From Octopus sinensis (taxonomy: Eukaryota), in contig NC_042998.1 of NCBI RefSeq assembly GCF_006345805.1, forward strand, positions 201,748,001-201,812,000: a stretch of 64,000 nt of DNA. The letters are read 5' to 3'. Numbering within the stretch: the stretch's first letter is position 1; the number at the start of each line of letters is the position of its first letter. Positions 49,645 through 63,343 of this stretch are shown here, piece after piece. The notes under the pieces are model-generated. The model saw nothing but the letters and a program-made list of their open reading frames with translations, was not told the DNA's origin and made no database searches. The translations under genes were made by a program, and so were the position numbers.

Positions 49645-50020
49645 GGATGGAAGCACTCCGTCGGTTACAACGACGAGGGTTCCGGTTGATCCGAATCAAC
49701 GGAACAGCCTGCTCGTGAAATTAACGTGTAAGTGGCTGAGCACTCCACAGACACGTGTACCCTTAACGTAGTTCTCGGGGATATTCAGCGTGACACAGAG
49801 TGTGACAAGGCCGGCCCTTTGAAATACAGGTACAACAGAAACAGGAAGTAAGAGTGAGAGAAACTTGTGGTGAAAGAGTACACCATCCCCTGTCGGAGAG
49901 TCGTGGAGCTTTTAGGTGTTTTCGCTCAATAAACACTCACAACCACCGGTCGGGGAATCGAAACCGCGATCCTATGACCGCGAGTCCGCTGCCCTAACCA
50001 CTGGGCCATTGCGCCTCCAC
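49645..50020 (-). mobile_element. SINE family C, full length
   Basis: 10-bp TSD taaacacaat at 49635-49644 and 50021-50030. Confidence 0.93.
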
Positions 50021-50040
50021 TAAACACAATAAATATTATT

Positions 50041-50240
50041 TGTCAACATAGCATGACAGTCCTGGTTTCGGACTAATTATGCTGTAATTTAGCCCCATGA
50101 GATATCGTCTCCAGCAGGCTATATGGCACGATCTGTGGCCTTACATCTTCGAACAAGGGAATCTAGCACCCCCACGAAACTCAAAACAATATCTGGGTAT
50201 CGCGAATTCTGGGTTATTTCACTTCATCGGCACAGAATAA
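50041..50240 (-). mobile_element. Diverged relative of the 13905 hairpin element, with a degenerate HHR
   Basis: Shares tgtcaac..tgacagtcc, atttagccc, ggctata and agcaccccca with 13915-14050. Minus strand reads ctgtg-CCGATGA-...-GAAT-tcgcga-TA-cccag at 50193-50235. Confidence 0.6.
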
Positions 50241-50304
50241 TTGTTCGGCTGGAGGTGACGCTGCCACACTCCCGTTCTAAATATATGCGTGCGTGCGTGT
50301 GTGT

Positions 50305-50350
<46 letters not shown>

Positions 50351-51904
50351 CTGTGTGCTCGTGTGTCTATGTGTTTCTGTGTTTGCACTTCTGTGTGTGT
50401 GTGTACAAAAACAAACCTATCAAACAAAAATTTATGAATCTAGTTACCAAGAATTCAAAGGCTTTCATGTGTCTACTGTACATGTCATTAACATTTACTC
50501 CATTCGTGTAAATTACTATAAAATAAACAACAGGCAGAGGAATGAAATATTCTTTAACAGATATTATGTAACGCATTCATAAGACATCGTATGCGTGACT
50601 AAATCTTTCTTCCATCAATGTATTGAGCTCCATTGCTTTTTCCTTTCAGTTACATTGCATTGCGAACGTTGTGTTTCTCTTAACATTTCAGATATGGTAT
50701 CAAGTGAAAAATAAAATGAATTAGAAAGATAAATAAATAGTGTTTAAATGATAAAGTAACGCAGAGCATTCCAGATGAAAACCAGTCAGTTTTATTAATG
50801 CTGCGTTTTAAATGCAGAGGTGAAAATAAGATACTCCGTACAATTTTATCTTTGCTAATATTTGTTGCATGCCTTATCCCTGTTGCAATGGCGTCTAATC
50901 TTGAAGTGCGCACCATTCCTGTCTATGCCACAAAAACAAAAGGGAAAAGTACAATTTTGGAACTATATTATAACTTTTACGGAAATTCAATGATCGACTC
51001 AAACTGTAAATATTAGAAAAGCTCACGTCCTCCAAACAACAAATTTATGATTATTTGGTAGTTATAGCGAAAATATAAAAGCTTTTAACACGATTTAACA
51101 GCAACAAAATAAATTATAAATAGAAGCCAGATAAGAAGAGTGTTTGCAAGTGTTGACAAATTTCTGCACCTGATTAACCAGCAGCTCCTGAACGAAGCAG
51201 AATACAAACGGAGTAAATATTTTGCATGTATGAGATGTGCTTGGTTTACACACAAATGTAGCTGTGTTTAACGATAATAGTCCATTTCCTTCGACTGTTG
51301 ATTTCTTACTAGAGTAGCATTGTTAGAACACCCAGTTAATGTGTGTTGAAAATAGCGCAGAGCACTCGTTAATGGAAACGGTAAAACCATTTGAACACCA
51401 GACATGTTTCAAAACTGTATATTAATACGGTGTGATAAATTATCATTTAGGATTTGAGGTTAAGACTTTTACTGTTAAAGACGCGTTTATACAAAAGTTA
51501 TACAAATGCAGAGTGGTCTGATCCTATTTGGTGTACGACATTCTTTAAACAAATGCTCTTTAGTTTTTAGAACGATGAAATTTTATACAGCAAATGTGTA
51601 TTTATGCATGAATTAGGTATGGATTAGCAGTGTTTATCGCCACTTTAACGTGAATGTTCTCTGAGAACCGACGCTACTACTATTTTAATCACACGATTCT
51701 AGCTGGTGTTTCAGTGCTCATTCGCACTCAGTATCCATTGCCAGCGGGTATTATGTTATAAAGTTCAAATGAGAGAAATGCGATCCGGATAGTTAATTTC
51801 TCACTTTTCTTATGATATCTTTATTGATTTAACTTAAAACTTTTATAACATACACATATACATCTATGCATATATACATATATATATATATATATATATG
51901 CGCT

Positions 51905-51965
<61 letters not shown>

Positions 51966-51967
<2 letters not shown>

Positions 51968-52166
51968 GTGACCGCGTGTGTATCGTTGGCGATTTTATTT
52001 CTCCGTCTTCCCTTCCTTGGCCATTTCCATTTTGTATATTTCTGATGAAAAGTTCCGCTCGAAACGTTAAATCCTCTTTCTTTCCTTTCCTGAGCGTCTA
52101 ATAACACTATAATTGTTCCACGTCCACGAGTTGTTGTGCTTTCACTTTGTGTTTTCATGTTTGGAT

Positions 52167-52172
<6 letters not shown>
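51966..52172 (+). mobile_element. About 200-bp element with a minimal type I HHR, inserted in (TA)n
   Basis: attt-CTGATGA(52042-52048)-aaagt-tcc-gctc-GAAA(52061-52064)-cg-TT-aaat. Stem III is the palindrome aacgtt. Confidence 0.75.
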
Positions 52173-52207
<35 letters not shown>

Positions 52208-54486
52208 CAAACACAAAAGAGATACCCGAAGAATAGGATATCTGACTCGCTAGAAAGAGCAGTTAAAACTCCAAGTCACCAATTGTTGTAATTTTTTCTT
52301 TCTCCCTAGACCACTGGTAACTAAGAATTTTTCTTTGAATATTCTTGCTACCCTAAGATATATATATATACATATATAAATATATATATATATAAACTGA
52401 TGTTTGAGAGATCTTGCCTCACTTAATTTGTAGTAGTCGAGTGTGTTTGAGCTGGATGTGTTCGTGGAAACAGGTTTTCATTAGATCCTTTGACTAAGTC
52501 CTAGTTGTTAGTGATTTACAGATCGGCGTAGGTAACAGTGAGTGGGTGATGTCGTGGTCCAGTATTTAAGTCGGGCTACGCTAAAGCTTTGTTAGGTTGC
52601 TAGAGGTTGCTAGTTGTTGAGTAAGAGTAACTTCGGTTCCGATTGTATCTTTTCATGTTCAACAAGTCTGTGGAGGCATTTGAGTGCCAGGTGTAATTAT
52701 AATAAGAGCATATAATTGCTGCAATTGGTGGAGTAAACTCGTCCGGAGTTGTTAATGCATGTATCGCATGGGTTTCTTGGTGCAGAAGTAGGGCAAAGAA
52801 TTCGAAGAAATTTGGGAAACCTTGTAGGTGGAAGTATTTAGGCACGTGAATGTTGCGGAAAATATCTGCAGTAAGACTTTACTTCAAACGTGGTTTGAGG
52901 GATAAGACTTTTTAACCTGTCTCGACATCTTTCTCCGATAGTATGAATAATACTCTGACCGTTGCATAATTGTCCTGCGAATGAAGGACACGTCTTGTAG
53001 CTTGTGTGAAGCATTGTAACACAGAAGTAAATAATGGAATATTAAAGAAAGCAAGAATCATATAAGACGAAAATATTTAATAATGATTATGCATTCTAGG
53101 CGAAAACCCATCATCAACAGAAAAAATTAAGAAATGTGAACCTACAGAGGACCGGCCATCTTGATTGTTGTGTGGACAGTGACTCTGTGGTGTCCGAGTG
53201 TGTAGTGGTGATATCAATGGGTTATCGTTGTAGCAATAGCCATTACCAAAATGATAGCAGCAATATCAGAAGCTGTATCGTGTTTGGCGGCGTACAGCTG
53301 TCAAATTGTAGCAGTGGAACTACACTGCTTCTATTAAAGCTATGGGTGGTAGAGGTATACTCAGTAGTTGTTGCTGTAAAGACACTGGAACGGAAATATT
53401 ACACTATTGATAGTCGTAACCGTGATGTTGGCGATGATTGGAGCAAATCTGAAGAAGGCGATAAGCTTACATGAAAGATATTAGTATTTTTGATAATTTA
53501 GAATGTAAATATATACAAGTGCTGCAATGCATCATAGATTAAGTAAACTAAAACTACATTCTTCTCAGGCTTCAGTTTTTTCCCTATCTTCGCTTGTGAG
53601 ATTACCAACTTACACACTTAGGACTTGTGCTTTTGTTTTAGTCCTTCTGCAAGATTTGTTTTGTAATGATTGAGCCGTTATTTATATTCTGTAACAGAGA
53701 CGGAAGAAGTATGATCCCCAGAGGGTAAGCATGATATATTCGTTTCTGACACACGATATTCAAATAAAGAAATATTAAAGGGTTACATTTGTGATTCACC
53801 ACTTAAAGTCCACATCTTTGCAGATATATATAAAAAAAGCACTGATACGCACGCACATACATTCATAATGTAACAAAAGAAATCTTCATATCAAGAATAA
53901 AAAATACAAATTGAACCAGCATTACGAATCAATGCATTTTAAGACCTCACTCTATGGAATCACAATTTTTGTAGCCTGAACAATGTAACTCTATCCGTCA
54001 AGAGGAAATCTAATTTCACGAAATGTTATCACGAATCGAGCTCAAAGCAAAACAATTTTCAAAGGCCAGCCTATATTTGCCTACTGCAAGGAACAGAACA
54101 ACGTTATCTAATAAAAAGGAAATATTATCGAACATTGAAAGTGTGTGTTAGTTACCATCATTTTTTTCAAAATATTTCAGCAGAATGCTACGTCTGACGA
54201 CTTATAACTCTCAAATTTCAAAATATAGAAGAAAATCTGTACGCGTCAATCAGTAGGCGTTAATGGATAGGAAAAGAATTTTGCTAGAGTTAAAAAAAAA
54301 GTTCCTAAAATATTCTGTCCCTCTCCCTCTCATTGTACACCTAAACATGTAAACACAGGCATACATGCACTGATATACATACATGCACATCCCACACACG
54401 TATATATATACTTCTGCACATATACACGGAGTATATAAATAAAGATATTGAAATAGCTATATATAGTTAAATATATCAATACAACT

Positions 54487-54533
<47 letters not shown>

Positions 54534-54558
54534 CACTTACGTCTGTGTGTGTATGTAG

Positions 54559-54608
<50 letters not shown>

Positions 54609-54619
54609 TAGATACATAG

Positions 54620-54636
54620 ATAGACAGATAGATAGT

Positions 54637-54700
<64 letters not shown>
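54620..54700. repeat. (TAGA)n microsatellite
   Basis: Seen directly. Confidence 0.95.
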
Positions 54701-55619
54701 AATTTTATTGATATATAGATCGGAAATGAAATACGAAGGTAATGTTAGTGTATAAAATTTAAACCAAGTATTCTAAGAAATACAGAATCATGTTTCTCTC
54801 TCCCTCTCTCCATCTCCACCCACACCACTCTCTCTCTCTTAGTTTTATGCATATAAACGTGAATAAAGTTTCTCGGAGCAAAGAAAATGCTTTCAATAAA
54901 CATACCAAAACGTATGTAAACTTACATTATATATTTTCGCGTTCCTCAACAAATTTTTTCCTGTTAAAAGATTGGAACTTCCTGTAGGACTGGTATTGTG
55001 GTCTGGTAACGAAGTATTTTTTTATATAGGTAGCTCATGTTCTCAGTTAGCTAAAATAATTTCTAATCATTACTCTATATTAGGGATAGGAATAAACGTA
55101 ACAGTACAGGGCTTAGTAAATTAATTTGGTATCTAAAAGACCACAATAAACAATTTAATTTAGATTCGTTGATTCTCTCAATTTCCATACCTTATGATAA
55201 AGGTAAGGGATTCTGCTTTCTCTGTAATTCTGAACTATTTTTTTATTCCTTTTTCTAAAAATATCCTTGTAAACACGGTTATAGAGTGTGCATACCGGTG
55301 TAAACATTGGCAGAAACACACCTTAATTCATATAAGTGTTATCTATCATTATATATAATTTAAACATTAATTTTCTTCTTACATTTCAGATTCACTAGAT
55401 ATATCGTTTCCAAAAATTTAGGGCTTTACTTAATTTACATATTGTTATATATTTCTCATTTATTTGTTGTTTTCCTTTACCCCTCTTCTTTATATATGCT
55501 ACATTTAACATTATATCCTCTATCGTTTTTTTAAACAAACTTTATAGCGTTCAGTTAAACACTATACATATCCAACATATTCTGTTAAAATGTCTTATTG
55601 ACTAGTTTCATTTCTTCAT

Positions 55620-55704
55620 TTCCTTGAAGAGAAGATTGCATCGTCTTACACCATTTTATTCCTTTGGAATAATATCAGTTATATCTTCGAAACATGTACC
55701 GGAA
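55620..55704 (+). ncRNA. Degenerate type I HHR in a PLE pLTR-like region (about 55300-55870)
   Basis: ttcc-TTGAAGA-gaagat...atcttc-GAAA-catg-TA-ccggaa. Perfect 6-bp stem II and palindromic stem III. C3 is mutated and the stem I register is shifted. Confidence 0.55.
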
Positions 55705-55904
55705 GTAAAAGAATTTGAATAACACATGCGTTTAACTCCATTTATTTATTTATTTATTTATTCATCATATTAAATATTTCACGCAAACCCGGAGTTTCTA
55801 CCTTTATAAACAAGGAGTTACACCCGTTTTACTTGTGTAATTTTTTGCTACCCTGGTAACTTTTTATCTATTTTTCCGTGTAAAGTGTAAGCAATGGTAA
55901 CACA

Positions 55905-55942
<38 letters not shown>

Positions 55943-55967
55943 ATATATATATGTATATTATATATAT

Positions 55968-56015
<48 letters not shown>

Positions 56016-56016
<1 letters not shown>

Positions 56017-56175
56017 GACAGGCTTCTTTCAATTTTCTTCTATCAAATCCACTCACAAGGCTGTGGTCTGCCCGAGGTTATAGTAGAAGTCACTTGTCCT
56101 AGGTGACACGCAATGGAACTGAACCCAGCACCATGTGATTTGGAAGCAAGTTCTTTACTACATATTCATTCTTGC
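56016..56175 (-). mobile_element. SINE family B, head half
   Basis: caaatccactcacaaggct...gaactgaacccagcaccatgtg. Confidence 0.8.
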
Positions 56176-56859
56176 ACTTGACAAATATTTGATAGAAGGA
56201 TAGAGAAGTGTCTTTGATTTCGGTCAATTATTCGAGTATGTTTCTTCAGTTAAATATACTGCCAAAGATTTTGCAACATACGTTTGGCACAAAAATAATC
56301 AGATATGCGTTTGTTTAATAAATGTCTCCGCGGGAAATATATGTAACGCCTCTACTCTTTTTGTTGTTGGTAATTTAAATAGTGCACCACCATCTTGTGG
56401 GTATATATCAGTGTGTTTGTGTGTGTGTGGGGTGTATGTATAAGTGTTTGTGCGTGTGCGAGTGTGTTACTCTAATGTAAGCTTCACGCACTTTTAAGAA
56501 TAGCAACTAAACATTTCTTATGGCATATCTTAATAATCAGGGTAAATTAATGCAGTTTCCCAACTGGTGTTTCTAAATCAGAAAGAAGAAAAAAGTATTC
56601 GAATGTTACTTAACGCAGTGGATATATGATAGATTACCGCACGTTCTTGGATTAAAAAACCTTGACTAGCGGAGAGATAAATTTAAAAATTAAACATGTC
56701 TGAACGGAAGATATATCTAGGGTTACTGTTTACTGGGGAAGATGGATAGGGTGAGGATAGGAGAGAGATAGAGATAGGGAGTATTGTACTGGAAAAGTGT
56801 GTGGTCAAGAATATCTATCAGTGTGTACAAGGACGCTGTGTGTTGTGGGCAAGGGTAAA

Positions 56860-57180
56860 TATATTTTTGATGCTAAGGTGACATCTTGGGAAACATAAGC
56901 CTGCGCTTTCCACAGCGTCGAAGATCTTCTTATAGGAAGTTTACTCAGAGTTACCTCTTTTAATGAGTTTTTCAAGACTTTGACAAGATGTTAGCAGGCT
57001 GTGTTAATAATATACGTATCTACCTTTTTCTTATATGAAGATGAATCTCTGTCCAGTTTCACATCTAGGAAATTATGTATTTTCCTACTGAACTCTACTG
57101 TAAGTTTCATACCAAGGAAATTAAGAATAGTAGCATGACCCTTCCTAAGTTTGAAGAGCTTATGACATAACATAAAATTT
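56860..57180 (-). mobile_element. Penelope-like RT fragment (domains 6-7/thumb)
   Basis: LGMKLTVEFSRKIHNFLDVKLDRDSSSYK...YIN-like...KKIFDA resembles the PLE motif GLKIT.E...VNFLDVTL. Confidence 0.7.
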
Positions 57181-58165
57181 CAATGAAATATTCCGGTCAA
57201 TCCTAGAAAACGATTACAGGCTCAGTCGTAAAAAATAACTTGTTAAAATGTGTAAATCGCACAAGAAATCTATCATGTCAAAATATCTACATATTCCAAC
57301 TATCCATATTTGCGTCAAAGTGATCACGTGTCGACGTTTATGCATATATGTGCTTCTAACCTTAACATACATGCGCATGCAAACACATACGCAAATATAC
57401 CAAAATAGTTTATACATATATGTATTTGTACGTGTGTACACTTACATACATGTGTGCATACACACACAGAAACATTCACACTTACATATACACATATAGA
57501 TAAATCGCCATGAATTATTACACGCATGCATACGTAAAGACACATACATAGATGTATTTAAAACATTCATAATTGCTACAAGAATATACAACCTTTCTGA
57601 CTGAATATTTCGTGAACATTTCGAGTTCGTGATGGAATTTGATTCGCGAAATATATTCAGCGAAAGAAACTGCTGTTTTCTATCGCATGAACACACACAT
57701 AAATTATATAAGATTGTGCAAGTGTGTTGTGTGCGTGTGATTCTACGTAACTATCTATGCCTATCTATCTACCTCCTTCTATATACATATGTATGTATAT
57801 ACATGTGTGTGTGTTTACTTATACATATAAAGATGATAATATAAATATATATCATACAAAATATGCCAACATATTTTGAATACAAGCATGACTCGGTGGA
57901 ACTCTCTACAGAATACAACAATAAAATTAACCTCTCTTCTAATTTGTACAATAGGTAGTCAGTCATTGTTAGATATTCCCGTTGATAATTTTAATTGCAC
58001 ACATCATACACACTGTGTAAATCCTTTTCTTATTTTAAGTATGTGTATTCATCTACCAATCCATCGCCTTCTTTTCTCTCTACATATAGAGATATAAAGA
58101 TACATAAATCTGTATTTATATATGTATATTATGTATGTTTGTATATATACATACATATATACACA

Positions 58166-58244
<79 letters not shown>

Positions 58245-58329
58245 TATATATATATACTATAGATATATGTACACTCGCACAATATATGTATCATATATAT
58301 ATAGATGTGAAGTATACATGTATATATAT

Positions 58330-58363
<34 letters not shown>

Positions 58364-59836
58364 GCGCGTGTATGTGTGCTTGAGTGCATGTGTGGATGTG
58401 TGTATGTCTGTGTGGATGTGCGTTTGTGTCTGTTTCTCTGTGTGTCGGTCTTTGTGTGTGTTTGTACATATATTACTTGTGTGAGTTAAATGTGTTCTTT
58501 TCTCTCTTTTTTTTTATCTTCGATTATGCGTTTTTGGTATTGTTTATATTGATGAAGGCATCATGCTAGGAGGGAAATATGGTTTCATTGTTACGACAAC
58601 TGTGCGGTATTTCTATTGAAGTAAAACATCATTAAACCTGATCAAGTGTTACTCCTGTTCGTATTAGAAAACGCTCACAGCACCAATGACTTTATATCCT
58701 TTTCTCGTCTTCAGAGTCACACAGCATTGTAATATTACTTCTTACGCCCATTAGTAAAAGATGTAGCTGTGGTTGTGGCGGGGGAGATATTTCAGTAAAC
58801 TGATTAATGAAACAATTTTGGTGCTTTCACATGATATTGCTACATCAATTGTCGCTTTCTGTTTGCTTTCATTCCCTTCTATTTATGTGTTCATGAGACG
58901 CTCTTTAAAATAAAAGGAATTCCGCTTTTTCCGTGCAGGCATTGCAAATAGTAAAAGGGTTGCTTTTTTTTTTAAGACACTTTATTTTCTCGTGTAAAAT
59001 ATTAAAAGATCATCACGAGAATACCAAATTCTTGTTGTGTATTTCTAGGTTTCTTTATTTTTACTATTAGAGAAATGTTAAAGGTGAATTACATCAAAGG
59101 CTCAAAGATTTCAATGATGACCATGATTGTTGCGATCGATTATTGTTGTAGAATTGGCATACTATAATAATGGTAAATTTCTAGAGATCTTTGAATAAAT
59201 CTACATTATTTAGCATTTACCACATATTTAACATTTCCAACAAAGCTTTCCTTTGCAACACAATCAAGTGAACATTTACCCTCGTATACATAATACATTG
59301 ACTGGATTGAAACGTTGTTGCTTAATTTTACATAATAAATTTGCATACTTCTAGATACACTAAGGTACCAGGTGTGAACATATTAAAAGTATGTATGTGT
59401 GTATGTATGCGCATATACACACACGGCACACACACATTCGCGCACACACACATGCTCTCACACACATGTACACAAATATGTATAACTGTTATATATGTAT
59501 GTGTGCGTGTGAGTGTATACATATATGTATACGTATACTCGTTTTATAATGTATGGTAATTTTGTTATCCTTAAATTATGAAGTCATTTATTTCGTGACC
59601 GTGACTTCTTTTCGTTTTGTGACTAGACTATCACCTGTGGATTCTGTCGCAACATTTACAGTGGCATACAACGTGCGAAATAGGAAAATGATTTCCGGTG
59701 GCATTACAATATGGTGGATGACCTCACCGAAATACATGTCTTCATACTCTCATGCAAAAAATGCCGGGAGAGACGGACGACATTCAGTACAAATGCCTCT
59801 GCCTGTAATCAAACTAGATTTCCTCTACATATACAC

Positions 59837-59998
59837 AGGCGCATAGTGGCTGAGTGGTAAGTAGCTTGCTAACCAACCACATGGTTGCGGGTTCAGTCCC
59901 ACTGCGTGACATCTTGGGCAAGTGTCTTCTGCTATAGCCTCGGGCCGACCAATGCCTTGTGAGTGGATTTGGTAGACGGAAACTGAAAGAAGCCTGTC

Positions 59999-60069
<71 letters not shown>

Positions 60070-60281
60070 TGTGTCTGTGTTTGTCCCCCTAGCATTGCTT
60101 GACAACCGATGCTGGTGTGTTTACGTCCCCGTCACTTAGCGGGTCGGCAAAAGAGACCGATAGAATAAGTACTGGACTTACAAAGAATAAGTCCGGGGTC
60201 GATTTGATCGACTAAAGGCGGTGCTCCAGCATGGCCGCAGTCAAATGACTGAAACAAGTAAGAGAGTAAAAGAGTAAGGAG
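59837..60281 (+). mobile_element. SINE family B, full length, young
   Basis: Near-identical to 45936-46338. Possible TSD tatac(a/t)c. Confidence 0.93.
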
Positions 60282-61472
60282 TATACTCCATCATTTCTGC
60301 AAGCTGTATAGTTACAGAAGAGGTCTGTTTACTATTCCGTTTCATCTTCAGGCTTAAATAACACATACACGCTTCTATAAAATCCGTCCCCAGGGAGACC
60401 CATGCATCTTACCACCCAATAGACAGAGCTCTGTCTCAAATGACAACGTTTCAGGGATATTCCTTATTGGCATTTTCACGGAGATTCATAACATACTCCT
60501 ACCATATCATTTACTTTATCTTGATTTGTCTTATGTCTAATCTGCATTTTGCGCGAACCACATTAGCAATATATATGTGTCTGTACTTGCTACTCTGTCT
60601 TTTGCTTGTATTCACATTGTAGCATAGATTTTACTACGTACCGGTTAATTTATATTTTTCGTATTAAATTTGTCTTTAAAATGGTACTATTTCAATTGAC
60701 GTGTTGTCTAAGTCTTCCATCACATTTCCAAATATATGTTGATGAAGGAATACTCAATACTATTACCATCGTGGCAAGCTTCTGTTGATGACAGAGATTT
60801 GACCATGCACTTATAAAATAAATTAGTCAAATTGTCTAGGCAGGAACTATTTTCCTTTCTCGTTTAATAGAGTGGAATATTCGAAGATTGGTAAATGGGA
60901 GGAAAACTAACTTCGTCAAATTATGCTGGAGAAAACCATCATCTTACTAGGAGCTCAGAAAATGTGTGCACTCACATTCTCACATGAGCAAGAAACAAAT
61001 AAAGATAACACAATAATGAAATAGAATAAGAAATGATGTCTTTAGCAATAAAAAATTGCATAGTGAGTGTATATATAAACAAATCATTCCATTATAAACA
61101 AAGACAATATTTATAGACATTAACAGTCAAGTGCTTTAAAGTCGATACGATATAGGTAAACTGCAATATGCGTAACGTTGTCTTTACAAGGTAAATTTAG
61201 CAAATGATAAAACGAAAATTGTTTATTCGACCGTAAAATTACGGTCTATTTTCATGGCCTTACTCTCCAAACATGTATAAATTGCATGGTGATTCAATGA
61301 GTGCAAAACCAAAATTTTCCGTTTTTTAAACAAAAATAATTTATGACAATATAGTGCTAAAACAAAAACTAAACTATACATACATACATATATATGTGTA
61401 TGTATGTGACATATACTACATATATACATATATATATACATACCAACACGCACACGAACACACCACACGCAT

Positions 61473-61560
<88 letters not shown>

Positions 61561-63294
61561 TTGTGGTTAAAGCTGATAGTTATATATGAATTTAGAAATA
61601 AGCTATTCATAATATTGACATGCGTATGTACACAGCCGTACACGGAGTCAGAAATATGGAGATGCAAAATCACAGATATATATAATCAGGCATATATGGA
61701 TGCTATCCAGTATCGTCATATTAATCTATGTAGAATGATGAGCTCAAAATAAATAATACTTCTATTCTAAACACGTTATTTCACTTACAAATAAAATCTA
61801 CTATAAACAACTACATAGAGTTCAGTGCAACAACTCTACCAAACCTGGTACTTTTTTTTTATTTCTGTAGAAACGTCAAAGAAACGAAGCATGCCCAAAA
61901 CTGGTATTGCTATTGTTCAACATGTTTTATGATTTCTTTGACCAATTCACATACTTCTATTTGCTTATTTAAAATATTTCTAAAATATTTAACTTGCGAG
62001 ATTTTGTACAAAATATACTATTGACTAGTGCTCGTTTTACTAGATGGCATACGAAGATAATGAAGTTCGTGGGATTTAATAAGATGTTACGCTTTAAGGA
62101 GAAGGTGCATAGGGTCATTTCTGCTGTGTTCCTTAACTGAACAAGAGGAATGATTATTTATTTTCAATTCACACTTCCTCATTATTTCGTAGAAAAACTG
62201 AAGGCAAATTTGACCATTTCCAACAACATATATGTATATTATAACTCACGAATGCACAACCTTAATTGTAATATTTCTCGACGTACATCAGTAACTGCTT
62301 CCTTACATTCAGGAGTTTTCCTTATTTAATATGAAACTTTCCCCGTGAGAATGTATTAGAGTTAGTTTAAAATGATGTATATTGGTTTTTGCCTGATCGT
62401 TATATTACGCAGAAGCAAAGAACCCAACATCGACTGTCTAGTGGTGGTAGACAAACAACGACAGATACACACGCACACAAACACAAACACACAGACACAC
62501 ACACACACATGTTAGTGGGGGTGTATGTATATTATATATACAAATACATATATGTATAGATAAATAGAGCGTGGGATAGACAGATAAAGACATAGACAGA
62601 AATGCGTGAGCGTATATATATGTGTGTGTGTGTATATATATGCGTATGTATGTATGTGCGTGTGTATGTGAGCGTGCTTGCGAGCGTGCATGCGTGTTCG
62701 TGGTTGTGGATGTGTATTACGATTGTATATCTCTTTGCTGTTGAAATATAATTTGCACTTGAAGGAAATCTATCACTTTATCGTATGAACTTATTGATTA
62801 CTTATGAATAGAATCATTTGACGTTTCGGGTCGACGAATAAAGAAACTCTTCTTTGTGGCTTCTTTGAAGAAATAAACTTAAGTTGCTCCTTGCCTTCAA
62901 CCTAATAACATGTCATAAATTCTATAATTATTGAGTCGGTTTAATACTTTATTCGTACTCGTTTTTGAGATATTGTGGTATCACATTTCCTGTCGTTAAA
63001 CAAAAGTAATACCAATATCTGGATCTGCTGCAAACATTCATTCTACTAAAACCGCCAAGCACTGAATCTCTATTTTACTTTGAATTGCACCTATCTGTTA
63101 ATGTTTATGTCTATGTAAATATATGTGTGTATATACATATACATATACATACATATACATACACACATATATATATATACTAATATGTATATATATAAAT
63201 ATATATTATATATGTATATATATTACATATATAATATTATATAGATATATTATAATATATATATATACACTATATATACATACATACATACATA

Positions 63295-63340
<46 letters not shown>

Positions 63341-63343
63341 ATA

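Noticed and set aside
50798-51016. 72-aa ORF with a signal-peptide-like stretch
   Set aside because: Short, with no recognisable domain or splice support; expected by chance in AT-rich DNA.
52396-53130. Possible PLE remnant (C-x-C-DTC motif; ttgatgatggg...agaatgcat on the minus strand)
   Set aside because: Too decayed to support by eye; needs tBLASTx.
57995-58489. Long YI/CV-repeat ORFs (also at 31395-32694, 61223-61752 and 63123-63455)
   Set aside because: Translations of (TA)n/(TG)n microsatellites.
62815-62910. Minus-strand gacccGAAAcgTC half-hammerhead
   Set aside because: No matching CTGANGA or stem partners found; at best a relic.
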